DNA from: Phycisphaera mikurensis NBRC 102666
GTDB lineage: Bacteria; Planctomycetota; Phycisphaerae; Phycisphaerales; Phycisphaeraceae
Assembly (NCBI RefSeq): GCF_000284115.1
Contig: NC_017080.1
Coordinates: forward strand, 2,850,001-2,882,000
Direction: 5' to 3'
Length of the DNA: 32,000 nucleotides
The notes under the pieces were generated by a model, which worked only from the letters and a program-made list of their open reading frames with translations, was not told the origin of the DNA and searched no databases. Positions 1-8,366 of the stretch are shown here, piece after piece. Made by a program: the position numbers and the translations under genes. The first letter of the stretch is position 1. Each line of letters starts with the position of its first letter.

Positions 1-5
1 CGCAC

Positions 6-956
6 GTGCAAGCGGTTGCCGCCGCCACGCCGCACGACGCCACCGGCCCGGGCCGCCCCGGCGGCAAGCTGCGTTGGATCGGGCTGGTGCTCGCGCTCGC
101 GGTCCTGCTCGCCGCGGCGTACCTCGGTTATCGGGTTCTCTTCGACCGCGGGCTGCTCCCGGCCGCGGCGCCGGCGCCGCCGGCGGTGCCGCGGCTGCCC
201 GCGGTGCCGGCGCTGCCCGGCGACGTGCTGCCGAGCCCGATGCCGCCGGCACCCGCCGGGGCGTGGATCGTGCCCGCGGCCTCGGTGCCGGCGCCGGCCG
301 CGGCGTCGCCGCGACGCACCGCGCAGGCCCGCGACTACGCCGTGGTGCGTTACGAGCTGGCCGCCCCCGGCGGCGCGGTCATCGACGCCACGCACCCGAT
401 GAAGCCGCTGGGCTTCGTGCTCTTCTCCGGCACCGCCTTCCGCGGGCTCGACAACACGGTGGCCGGCATGGCGGTGGGCGAGCGGAGAGCGGTCGAGCTG
501 CCGGCGGCGGAGGTGGACGCGCAGCTGCCCGCCGGCGGCGCCGCGTACCGGCTGACGGTCGAGCTGCTGGGGCTGCTCCCGGGCGTCACCAAGGAGCTCG
601 TGCGTCCGGGCGAGACCGGCGGGCGGGCCGCCGCCCCGGGTGACCGCCTGCGGCTGGCGTGGAGCGTGCGTCTCGACGGCCGCGCCGAGGCCATCGTCTC
701 CACCGCCGACACCGGCGGCCCGGTGGCGGTGACGCTGGGGGCGGGCGACCTCATCGAGGGCCTCGAGCAGAACCTCGCCGGCATGCGCGTGGGCGAGGTG
801 GCCAACTTCCGGGTGCCGCCCCACCTCGCCTACGGCGCGGCGGGCGCCGCCGGCGGCCTGGTGCCGCCGGACGCGGACGTGCTCGTCCGGGTGGAGCTGC
901 TGGGCCTCGACGACGCCGCCGTGGCCGGCACCGGCGGGGAGGAGCCCGGGCGGTGA
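6..956 (+). CDS. FKBP-type peptidyl-prolyl isomerase-like protein, N-terminal TM segment, two FKBP-like domains; true start may lie upstream of the window
   Basis: ORF 316 aa; TM segment WIGLVLALAVLLAAAYLGY; second domain ...LGAGDLIEGLEQNLAGMRVGEVANFRVPPHLAYGAAGAAGGLVPPDADVLVRVELL matches the FKBP consensus; first domain is a degenerate version (GLDNTVAGMAVGERRAVELP). Confidence 0.8.
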   Translation: MQAVAAATPHDATGPGRPGGKLRWIGLVLALAVLLAAAYLGYRVLFDRGLLPAAAPAPPAVPRLPAVPALPGDVLPSPMPPAPAGAWIVPAASVPAPAAASPRRTAQARDYAVVRYELAAPGGAVIDATHPMKPLGFVLFSGTAFRGLDNTVAGMAVGERRAVELPAAEVDAQLPAGGAAYRLTVELLGLLPGVTKELVRPGETGGRAAAPGDRLRLAWSVRLDGRAEAIVSTADTGGPVAVTLGAGDLIEGLEQNLAGMRVGEVANFRVPPHLAYGAAGAAGGLVPPDADVLVRVELLGLDDAAVAGTGGEEPGR

Positions 957-2791
957 AGGCGCTCCGCCGCCGATCGCGTGCCACGCTCGCGGTGCTCGCT
1001 GTGTCCGCCGCGGCGGGCCTGGTTCTCGCCGCGACCCTCGGGTCCGCGAGCTCCGCCCCGAGCACCGACGCCTTCCGCTACAGCGTGCAGGTCGACTGCA
1101 TCACCCTCGACCCGCAGAACACCAGCTCGCTGGTCGACTTCCGCGTCATCGAGACGATCTACGAGGGCCTGCTCGCGGTCGAGCCGGGGTCCGGTGCGCT
1201 CCGCCCCGCCGCCGCGTCGCTGCCCGAGGTCTCCGCCGACGGCCGGACGCTCACCTTCCGCCTCGACCCCGCCGCCCGCTGGTGCAACGGCGACCCGGTC
1301 ACCTCCGGCGACTTCGCCTTCGCGTGGACGCGCTCGCTCGCCACCGATTTCGCCGCGGTCTACGGCGGGCTCTTCGACGCGATCGACGGGGCGGAAGCGG
1401 CCTCGTCCCTCCGCGACGCGCAGCTGGAGGCGTACCGGCCCGGCACCGACGATCCCGAAGCGCTCTGGCACGCGTGGCTGGAGGCGGCCCGCGGGACCGT
1501 CGGCCTCGACGCGAGCGATCCCGCCGTGCTCGTCGTCCGCCTCGCCCGGCCGGTTGCCTACTTCCCGCAGCTGACCGCCTTCGGCGTCTTCGCCCCGAAC
1601 CACCGGCCGACGGTGGAGGCCGCGCTCTCCTTCGACGGCCGCACCGGCCGGGTCTTCCTCGACGCCGACGCGTTCAACGATCCCGACCGCGCCGTCACCA
1701 ACGGCCCGTACCGGCTCGCCGCCTGGGAGCACCGCCGGCGGATCGTGCTCGAGGCCAACCCGCACCACGCCGCGTCGCCCGCGACGCCGCGCGTCGTGCA
1801 GGACGTGGTGGAGGACAACGACCCGCTGCGGCTGGCCCGCGGCTTCGACGGCGACGCCGACTGGGTGCCCGATCTCGGCGGAGACCTCGCCGTGCGGCTG
1901 ATCGAGGCCGGCACGCCCGGCGTGATCACGATCCCGCGGGCGGGGCTCGAGTACGTCAGCCTCAACTGCCGCGACACCGTCGGTGGCCGAGCCAACCCGC
2001 TCGCCGACCCGCGTGTGCGGCGGGCGCTGGCGCTCGCCGTCGACCGCGACACGCTGGTCGCCGGCGTCTCCCGCTTGAACGAGCCGCCGATCGGCTCCTT
2101 CGTCCCGCCCGGCGCCGTCGCCGGCTATCCCGCCGGCCCCGCCGCCGCCGCCGTCTCCGCCCCGCCCGCCTTCGACCCCGAGGCCGCCCGCGCGCTGCTC
2201 GCCGAAGCCGGCTTCCCCGGCGGTGCGGGCCTGCCGCCGCTGCGCTACCTGCACAACGCCTCGCCCTCGCACACGAAGAAGGCCGTGTGGCTGGCGAACC
2301 AGTGGGAGCGGCACCTGGGGGTGCGGGTCGTGGTGGAGTCGCTGGAGTGGCGGGTCTACCTCGCCCGCCGCCGGGCCGGCGACTTCCACCTCTCCCGCTC
2401 GGGCTGGTACGGCGATTACCGCGACCCGACCACCTGGCTGGACCTGCTCCGCGCCGGGGACCCCAACAACGACACGGGCTACGCCTCGCCCGCCTTCGCC
2501 GAGGCCCTCGCGGCCGCCGGCGCGGAGACCGAGCCAAACGCCCGTCTCGTCCACCTGACCGCGGCGGAAGCCGTGATGCTCGCCGACCAGCCGGTCATCC
2601 CGCTGCACCAGGCCGTGGGCATCGAGTGGCGCGCCCCCGGCGTCACCGGCCTCGTGAAAGACCCTTGGAGCACGCTGGAACTCGAGAAGGTGCGGAGGCC
2701 TTCTGCCCCGGAGGGCCGGGGGACGGGCCCCCGCGCTCGCGTCGATCGTGCTCCCGGCCCCGACCCCCGCGAGCCGCTCATCGCACCATGA
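953..2791 (+). CDS. Peptide/oligopeptide ABC transporter substrate-binding protein (SBP family 5, OppA/DppA-like)
   Basis: Frame of ORF 659..2791; GTG start at 953 overlaps the upstream stop (GTGA); signal-like N-terminus; ALDPQNTSS-like start, WCNGDPVTSGDFAFAWTRSL, GPYRLAAWEHRRRIVLEANPHH, ALALAVDRDTLV motifs; 612 aa. Confidence 0.85.
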   Translation: MKALRRRSRATLAVLAVSAAAGLVLAATLGSASSAPSTDAFRYSVQVDCITLDPQNTSSLVDFRVIETIYEGLLAVEPGSGALRPAAASLPEVSADGRTLTFRLDPAARWCNGDPVTSGDFAFAWTRSLATDFAAVYGGLFDAIDGAEAASSLRDAQLEAYRPGTDDPEALWHAWLEAARGTVGLDASDPAVLVVRLARPVAYFPQLTAFGVFAPNHRPTVEAALSFDGRTGRVFLDADAFNDPDRAVTNGPYRLAAWEHRRRIVLEANPHHAASPATPRVVQDVVEDNDPLRLARGFDGDADWVPDLGGDLAVRLIEAGTPGVITIPRAGLEYVSLNCRDTVGGRANPLADPRVRRALALAVDRDTLVAGVSRLNEPPIGSFVPPGAVAGYPAGPAAAAVSAPPAFDPEAARALLAEAGFPGGAGLPPLRYLHNASPSHTKKAVWLANQWERHLGVRVVVESLEWRVYLARRRAGDFHLSRSGWYGDYRDPTTWLDLLRAGDPNNDTGYASPAFAEALAAAGAETEPNARLVHLTAAEAVMLADQPVIPLHQAVGIEWRAPGVTGLVKDPWSTLELEKVRRPSAPEGRGTGPRARVDRAPGPDPREPLIAP

Positions 2792-3753
2792 TCGCCCGCC
2801 GCCTCCTGCAGCTGCCGCTGATCCTCGGCACGGTCTTCGTGCTCACGCTGCTCGCGGTGTGGGTGCTGCCGGGCTCGCCGCTGGACTCCGCGGACGGCCG
2901 CCAGGTCGACCCGGCGGTGACGCGTGCGATGGAGGCCCGGTACGGGCTGGACGCTTCGGCACCCGTCTTCGCCGGCCGCTACCTCGCGGGCCTCGCCCGC
3001 GGTGACCTCGGCCCCTCGCTGGCGTACCCCGGCCGCGACGTGGTCGACGTGCTGGCCGAGGCCGCGCCCGTGTCGATCACGCTCGGCCTCGCGGCGCTGG
3101 GGGTCGCCGTGGTGCTGGGCACCCTCGCCGGGGTGCTGGCGGCGCTGCCGGGCTTCCCCGGCCGGCCCCCGACGCCCGCGCTCCGCGCGGCCGGCACCGG
3201 ATCGCTGGGCCTCGCGCTGGTGGGCGTGTCGCTGCCGAGCTTCGTGGTCGGCACCGTCCTGCTCGCGGTGTTCGCCGGACTCACACGCCGGCTCTTCCCC
3301 GGCCAGCCCTTCCTGCACCTCCCGCTGGGCGGCTGGGGATCCGCCGCCTCGCTCGTGCTGCCCGCGGTCGCGCTGGGCCTGGCTCCCGCCGCCTACATCG
3401 CCCGGCTGCTGCGGGGCGAGCTCATCGAGAGCGGCACCGCCGGCTACGTCCGCACCGCCCGGGCCAAGGGCCTCTCCCCCGCCGCCGTCGTGCTGACCCA
3501 CCAGCTCCGCCCCTCGATGCTGCCCGTGCTCAGCTACCTGGGTCCCGCCGCGGCGAGCGTGCTCACCGGCAGCTTCGTCGTCGAGAAGGTCTTCAACCTC
3601 CCGGGCCTCGGCTCGCACTTCGTCAACGCCGTTCTGAACAAGGACCAGTTCCTGCTCCTCGCCCTGGTGCTCGGCTACGCCACGCTGCTGGTCCTCCTGA
3701 ACCTCCTCGTCGACGTGCTCTACCGCTTCGTCGACCCGCGGGTGGCGGCCTGA
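2788..3753 (+). CDS. Peptide ABC transporter permease (OppB/DppB-like)
   Basis: ATG overlaps the upstream stop (ATGA); MIARRLLQLPLILGTVFVLTLLAVWVLPGSP..., GYVRTARAKGLSPAAVVLTHQLRPSMLPVLSYLG, typical C-terminus VLYRFVDPRV; 321 aa. Confidence 0.88.
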   Translation: MIARRLLQLPLILGTVFVLTLLAVWVLPGSPLDSADGRQVDPAVTRAMEARYGLDASAPVFAGRYLAGLARGDLGPSLAYPGRDVVDVLAEAAPVSITLGLAALGVAVVLGTLAGVLAALPGFPGRPPTPALRAAGTGSLGLALVGVSLPSFVVGTVLLAVFAGLTRRLFPGQPFLHLPLGGWGSAASLVLPAVALGLAPAAYIARLLRGELIESGTAGYVRTARAKGLSPAAVVLTHQLRPSMLPVLSYLGPAAASVLTGSFVVEKVFNLPGLGSHFVNAVLNKDQFLLLALVLGYATLLVLLNLLVDVLYRFVDPRVAA

Positions 3754-3760
3754 CGAAGCC

Positions 3761-4393
3761 GGCGGGGACGCCGCTCTGTCTGGTTGTGCGCGAGGGGGCG
3801 GATCCGCGGCTCGGACAGCGTGGCGTCGCCACGCAGCTACCGCGGCCAGGCTGGCTTCGAGAGCGGAGCGGCGACGCCGCTCTGTCTGCATTGTGCGCAA
3901 AGGAGCTGGGTTGGCGACGCGGCCAGGGTGGCTGCGAGAGCGGAGCGGCGACGCCGCTCTGTCTGCCTTGTGCGCAAAGGAGCTGGATTGGCGACGCGGC
4001 CAGGCTGGCTTCGAGAGCGGAGCGGCGACGCCGCTCTGTCTGCCTTGTGCGCGAAGGAGCTGGATTGGCGACGCGGCCAGGCTGGCTGCGAGAGCGGAGC
4101 GGCGACGCCGCTCTGTCTGCCTTGTGCGCAAAGGAGCTGGATTGGCGACGCGGCCAGGCTGGCTGCGAGAGCGGAGCGGCGACGCCGCTCTGTCTGCCTT
4201 GTGCGCAAAGGAGCTGGATTGGCGACGCGGCCAGGCTGGCTGCGAGAGCGGAGCGGCGACGCCGCTCTGTCTGCCTTGTGCGCAAAGGAGCTGGATTGGC
4301 GACGCGGCCAGGCTGGCTGCGAGAGCGGAGCGGCGACGCCGCTCTGTCTGCCTTGTGCGCGAAGGAGCTGGATCGCGACCCGGACAGCGTGGC
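3761..4393 (+). repeat. Tandem palindromic repeat array: cores at 3770 (106-bp step), 3876, 3953, 4030, 4107, 4184, 4261, 4338 (77-bp steps), ending in a truncated long-form unit
   Basis: Repeated core GCCGCTCTGTCTG; unit GCCGCTCTGTCTGCCTTGTGCGCAAAGGAGCTGGATTGGCGACGCGGCCAGGCTGGCTGCGAGAGCGGAGCGGCGAC; contains the perfect palindrome GAGCGGCG-A-CGCCGCTC. Confidence 0.97.
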
Positions 4394-4397
4394 CGGC

Positions 4398-4913
4398 TCA
4401 GGGCGGGGTCCAGGGTCGGAAGCGGGGATCGTCGGGCCGGTCGGCGTGGCCGGCCGCCAGCTCCGCGTAGTGCGGGGCGAGCCAGCGGAGGTACGCGGCT
4501 TCCTCCGGCGTGACGGCGCGGGCGACGCGGCCGGGCAGGCCGATCACGGCGTGGCCGTCGGGCACGGTCAGCCCCGGCGGGACGAGCGCGCCGGCGGCGA
4601 CGAGGCAGCCGCGGCCGATGCGGGTGCCGCCCATCACGATCGCCCCCATGCCGATCAGCGTGCCGTCGCCGACCGCGCGGCCGTGGACGATCGCGTTGTG
4701 GCCGATCGAGACGCCCGCCCCGATCGCGTTGGGCTTCCCGGCGTCGCAGTGGACGCTCGCGTTGTCCTGCACGTTGCTGCCGGGCCCGATCGTCACCGCC
4801 GCGACGTCGCCGCGAACGCTCGCGCCCGGCCAGACGCTGACGCCCGCCCCCAGCGTCACCTCGCCGAGCACCCGGGCGGTGTTGCTGAGGAAAACCTCGC
4901 CGCGGCGACGCAT
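4398..4913 (-). CDS. Gamma-carbonic-anhydrase-like left-handed beta-helix protein (PaaY/YrdA family)
   Basis: MRRRGEVFLSNTARVLGEVTLGAGVSVWPGASVRGD...GPGSNVQDNASVH...IGAGVSIGHNAIVHG..VGDGTLIGMGAIVM; three His ligand positions present; 171 aa. Confidence 0.88.
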   Translation of the reverse strand: MRRRGEVFLSNTARVLGEVTLGAGVSVWPGASVRGDVAAVTIGPGSNVQDNASVHCDAGKPNAIGAGVSIGHNAIVHGRAVGDGTLIGMGAIVMGGTRIGRGCLVAAGALVPPGLTVPDGHAVIGLPGRVARAVTPEEAAYLRWLAPHYAELAAGHADRPDDPRFRPWTPP

Positions 4914-5473
4914 CACGGCTGCTCCGGCGGGACGCTCACGCCGCTGCGGACGAGCAGGTCGTAGAGCTGGCCGGTGAAGACGAAGTTGCCCTCGGGGAAG
5001 CTGAGCCCCTGCCGGTTGCGGTCGACGTGGCTGAACATCAGCTCGACCTCGGCGAGCGGCTCGGGCCCGCGGCCGTCGGGGTGCAGCAGCTCCACCGTGC
5101 CCGCCGTGGAGGCGCCGCCGTCGTCGAGCCGGTCGATCGTGGCCGTGTGCCGCAGCGTCGTGCCCGGCACGGCGAGCGCGTCGGTGAAGGACGCCCGGCC
5201 GATCTTCGCGAGGATCACCTTCTGCTGGAAGTCGTCCGCGTGGCCGACGAGGATGCCCGCCGTCTGCGCCATCCCCTCGATGATCAGCGTGCGCGGCATG
5301 CACGGCAGCGGCCGCCGGAGGGGCGGCCTCGGCCGCGCCACCCCGCGCGCGTCCGGCGGCGACGCCGGGAAGTGGTCGTGCATGACGTCCTCCCCCAGCG
5401 TGACCGCGCGGACCGCGACGCAGCGCCTGCGGGGCTCGAGTTCCAGGATGCGGTCGAGCCAGATCCAGCGCAT
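4913..5473 (-). CDS. FabZ/FabA-like hotdog-fold (3-hydroxyacyl-ACP dehydratase family) protein with a non-canonical insertion after the HFP motif
   Basis: MRWIWLDRILELEP...VMHDHFP...MPRTLIIEGMAQTAGILVG...FVFTGQLYDL; TGATG overlap with the downstream gene; alternative start at 5557. Confidence 0.75.
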   Translation of the reverse strand: MRWIWLDRILELEPRRRCVAVRAVTLGEDVMHDHFPASPPDARGVARPRPPLRRPLPCMPRTLIIEGMAQTAGILVGHADDFQQKVILAKIGRASFTDALAVPGTTLRHTATIDRLDDGGASTAGTVELLHPDGRGPEPLAEVELMFSHVDRNRQGLSFPEGNFVFTGQLYDLLVRSGVSVPPEQP

Positions 5474-5601
5474 GGAAGAAGGGGTTGCAGGGTGGAAGCC
5501 GGAGGCTTGGTCGGGCCGAAAGCGGAAGCCGGGCAAGGAACGAAGGGTCGGAGCCAAGGAGAAGGAAGCCGATGCAAGAAGCGGTCGGCGCAGCCGCCGC
5601 G

Positions 5602-5644
5602 TCTGCCTGTCTCCGTCTCTCCGTCTCTTCGTCTCTCCGTCTCG
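5602..5644. repeat. Polypyrimidine/polypurine microsatellite-like tract (TCTCCGTC/CTCTTCGTC units)
   Basis: tctgcctgtctccgtctctccgtctcttcgtctctccgtctcg. Confidence 0.8.
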
Positions 5645-5685
5645 TGCCTGGCGCAGCGACGATTAGCAACGCGGATGCCCCCCGC

Positions 5686-6069
5686 TTAGATCTTGCTCTT
5701 CACGAACTCCACCAGCGTCCGGACCGTGAACGCCTTCTCGAAGTCTTCCACGTCGCGGCTCTCCTCCACGGCGGAGAGGTCGGCGTGGGGCATCTTGGCC
5801 TTCAGCTCGGCCATCCCCTTGTCGGTGATCTTGCCGTCCTCGACGTACGCCGGATCGGTCAGCACGTCGTTGGGCATCAGCTCGGCCTGATCGATCTTGA
5901 GGCCGAACGCCTTCTCCAGGCGGAAGACGATGTCGAGGTAGTCGATGGACTCGGCGCCCAGGTCCGGGCCCAGCGTCGCCTCCATCGTCACCTCGTCGTC
6001 GTCCACGCCCAGCGCGTCCTCCAGCACGCCCTGCACCTTCGTAAAGATCTCGTCGTCGGTCATGGCCAT
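5686..6069 (-). CDS. acpP: Acyl carrier protein
   Basis: MAMTDDEIFTKVQGVLEDALGVDDDEVTMEATLGPDLGAESIDYLDIVFRLEKAFGLKI; phosphopantetheine attachment DLGAESIDYLD; longer than typical (127 aa). Confidence 0.88.
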   Translation of the reverse strand: MAMTDDEIFTKVQGVLEDALGVDDDEVTMEATLGPDLGAESIDYLDIVFRLEKAFGLKIDQAELMPNDVLTDPAYVEDGKITDKGMAELKAKMPHADLSAVEESRDVEDFEKAFTVRTLVEFVKSKI

Positions 6070-6104
6070 GGGTGCGGTCCTCGCGGTCTTCGGGTTCCTG
6101 GTTT

Positions 6105-6150
6105 CCGCGGACCGTCGGCCCGGGGCTCCATGTTTTAACGCGGTCCGCGG
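6105..6150. repeat. 46-bp inverted-repeat element copy 1
   Basis: CCGCGGACCG-TCGGCCCGGGGCTCCATGTTTTAACG-CGGTCCGCGG; perfect 10-bp terminal inverted repeats, 26-bp interior. Confidence 0.85.
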
Positions 6151-6292
6151 CGGAGCGGGGCCGCCGCGGCGTCGCGGCCCGCCCGGAGCCTGCGCGGGCG
6201 GCGTTGCCGCCCGCGCCGACACAGCGGCCTTCCTCGGCGCCGCGGCCGGCCGGGCGAGCGTGCGCGGCGGAGGCCTGCCCGCGGCTGGAGAT

Positions 6293-6338
6293 CCGCGGAC
6301 CGCGGCGCTCCCCGCCCATCCGGCGCGGCGGTCCGCGG
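6293..6338. repeat. 46-bp inverted-repeat element copy 2
   Basis: CCGCGGACCG-CGGCGCTCCCCGCCCATCCGGCGCGG-CGGTCCGCGG. Confidence 0.88.
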
Positions 6339-6393
6339 CGTCGATCTGTCATGCTGCACCGGCACCTTCCGCCCGCCTCCCGGTCCCGCTCCC

Positions 6394-8229
6394 ATGGCTG
6401 TTCTCCTCCTCGTGGCCGGCGCGGCCTGCTGGCTGCTGCTCGCCTACTTCACGCACGGCCGCTGGCTCGCCCGCCGGGTCTTCGGCCTCGGCGGGCCCGG
6501 CGCCGGGCCGACGCCCGCGCACGCGCGCGAGGACGGGCGGGACTTCGTCCCGACGCCGCGGGGCGTCGTCTTCGGCCACCACTTCACGTCGATCGCCGCC
6601 ACCGGGCCGATCGTGGGGCCGGCGATCGCGGTGATCTGGGGCTGGGTGCCGGCGGTGGCCTGGGTGCTGCTGGGCTCGGTCTTCCTCGGGGCCGCGCACG
6701 ACCTGGGGAGCCTCGCCGTCTCGCTGAGGAGCCGGGGCCGGACGATCGGCGACGTCGCGGGCGAGGCCCTGAACCCACGCGTACGCATCCTCCTGCTCTT
6801 CGTGCTGTTCCTCGCGCTCACGATCGTCCTCGCGATCTTCGGCCTGGTCATCGCGGCGGTGTTCCGCGGCTTCCCCGCGTCGATCACGCCGGTGCTGCTG
6901 CAGGTCCCGCTGGCGGTGGGCATCGGCCTGTGGCTGCACCGGCGGGGGGTCGGGCTCGCCGCGCCCTCCGGGATCGCGCTCGCGGTGATGTTCGGCCTCG
7001 TGCTGCTCGGCGACCTCGGCCCGCTGCACGCGCTCAACGCCTGGTTCGCCTCGTGGCCGACGATCGCCTGGGTCGCCGTGCTGCTGGGCTACTGCTACGC
7101 GGCGAGCGTGCTGCCGGTGTGGGTGCTGCTGCAGCCACGCGACTACATCAACGCGCTGCAGCTGGTCGTCACGCTGGGCCTGGTCGTCGTCGGCCTGGTG
7201 GCCGCGGCCGTCTTCGGCGGCGCGGCCGTCGAGGGGGCGCGGCCGACGCTTTCGCTGGCGGCGGCCCCGGCGGTGCGGCTGGACCCGGCCGGTGCGCCGC
7301 CGATCCTCCCCTTCCTCTTCATCACGATCGCGTGCGGCGCGTGCAGCGGCTTCCACTGCCTCGTCTCCTCGGGGACGACGTCCAAGCAGCTCGACCGCGA
7401 CGCCGACGCGCAGCCGGTGGCCTACGGCGCGATGCTGCTGGAGGCCTTCCTCGCGTTGATCGTCATCGTCGCCTGCACCGCCGGGCTCGGGCTGGGCGTC
7501 CGGGCCGCCGGCGGAGGCACGCTGCTCGGGGCGGACGCGTGGGCGAGCCGGTACCCGGGGTGGAGCGAGGCCGGAGGGCTCGCCGCCATGGTCAACGCCT
7601 TCGTCGACGGTTCGGCGAACCTGCTCGGGGCGCTCGGCCTCCCGGCCGCCGCGTCGACCGCGCTCATGGGCGTCTTCGTCGCGAGCTTCGCGGCGACGAC
7701 GCTGGACTCCGCGACCCGGCTGCAGCGGTACGTGATCGTCGAGCTGGCGGCGGCGCTGCGCCCGCGGCGGGCGATCCCGGACGAGGCGCCGCGCGAAGCC
7801 GGCTGGGTGAAGCACGCCGCGACGCTCGCCGCCGTCGGCCTCGCCGCGTCGCTCGCGGCCCTTCCCGCCCCGGGCACGGCGTGGTCGTGGGCAACCGCCG
7901 GCACGGGCGGCCTGATCCTCTGGCCGCTCTTTGGTGCCGTGAATCAGCTGATGGCGGGCCTTGCGCTTCTGGTCATCGCCTTCTGGCTCCGCCGCCGAGG
8001 CGGGGCCGCGTGGGCCTTCGCGGCGCCCGCCGCCGCGATGCTCGTGCTGCCGGGCTGGGCCGTGCTTTCGCAGGCTTTCGCCGGCGAGGCCGGCGGCCGG
8101 CCCGGCTGGCTGTACGCGGACGACCCGAACCTGCCGCTGCTGGGCATCGCCGCCCTCACCGCCGCGGGCGTCGCGTGGATCGCGGTCGAGGCCGTCCGGC
8201 TGTGGCCGGGCGCCGCAGGGCGGGGCTGA
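6394..8229 (+). CDS. cstA: Carbon starvation protein A (CstA) family transporter
   Basis: GHHFTSIAATGPIVGPAIAVIWGWVPAVAWVLLGSVFLGAAHDLGSLAVSLRSRGRTIGDVAGE; IACGACSGFHCLVSSGTTSKQL; multi-TM, 611 aa. Confidence 0.93.
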   Translation: MAVLLLVAGAACWLLLAYFTHGRWLARRVFGLGGPGAGPTPAHAREDGRDFVPTPRGVVFGHHFTSIAATGPIVGPAIAVIWGWVPAVAWVLLGSVFLGAAHDLGSLAVSLRSRGRTIGDVAGEALNPRVRILLLFVLFLALTIVLAIFGLVIAAVFRGFPASITPVLLQVPLAVGIGLWLHRRGVGLAAPSGIALAVMFGLVLLGDLGPLHALNAWFASWPTIAWVAVLLGYCYAASVLPVWVLLQPRDYINALQLVVTLGLVVVGLVAAAVFGGAAVEGARPTLSLAAAPAVRLDPAGAPPILPFLFITIACGACSGFHCLVSSGTTSKQLDRDADAQPVAYGAMLLEAFLALIVIVACTAGLGLGVRAAGGGTLLGADAWASRYPGWSEAGGLAAMVNAFVDGSANLLGALGLPAAASTALMGVFVASFAATTLDSATRLQRYVIVELAAALRPRRAIPDEAPREAGWVKHAATLAAVGLAASLAALPAPGTAWSWATAGTGGLILWPLFGAVNQLMAGLALLVIAFWLRRRGGAAWAFAAPAAAMLVLPGWAVLSQAFAGEAGGRPGWLYADDPNLPLLGIAALTAAGVAWIAVEAVRLWPGAAGRG

Positions 8230-8366
8230 CGCTCGCGGCCCCGCCTCGCGGCGGGCGATCCCACGGCGGGCGTCCCGGATCGCGTGCAAGCTTTCGGCGC
8301 CGCCGCCGTTGCTCGGGGGTGCCGCGGCTGGGGTCGCGGCCCCTTTCCCCTCCCCCTGGAGCCGTC

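Noticed and set aside
3761-4393. CRISPR array
   Set aside because: Whole 77-bp units are conserved with no unique spacers, units are internally palindromic over different modules, and no cas genes are visible.
3786-4964. Novel 77-aa-repeat protein
   Set aside because: The apparent amino-acid repeat is explained by a 77-bp DNA period read through three frames, and it overlaps the opposite-strand gamma-CA-like gene.
4398-6069. Complete new fatty-acid or polyketide biosynthetic cluster
   Set aside because: Only ACP, hotdog proteins and a gamma-CA-like protein are present; no ketosynthase, ketoreductase or acyltransferase in the window.
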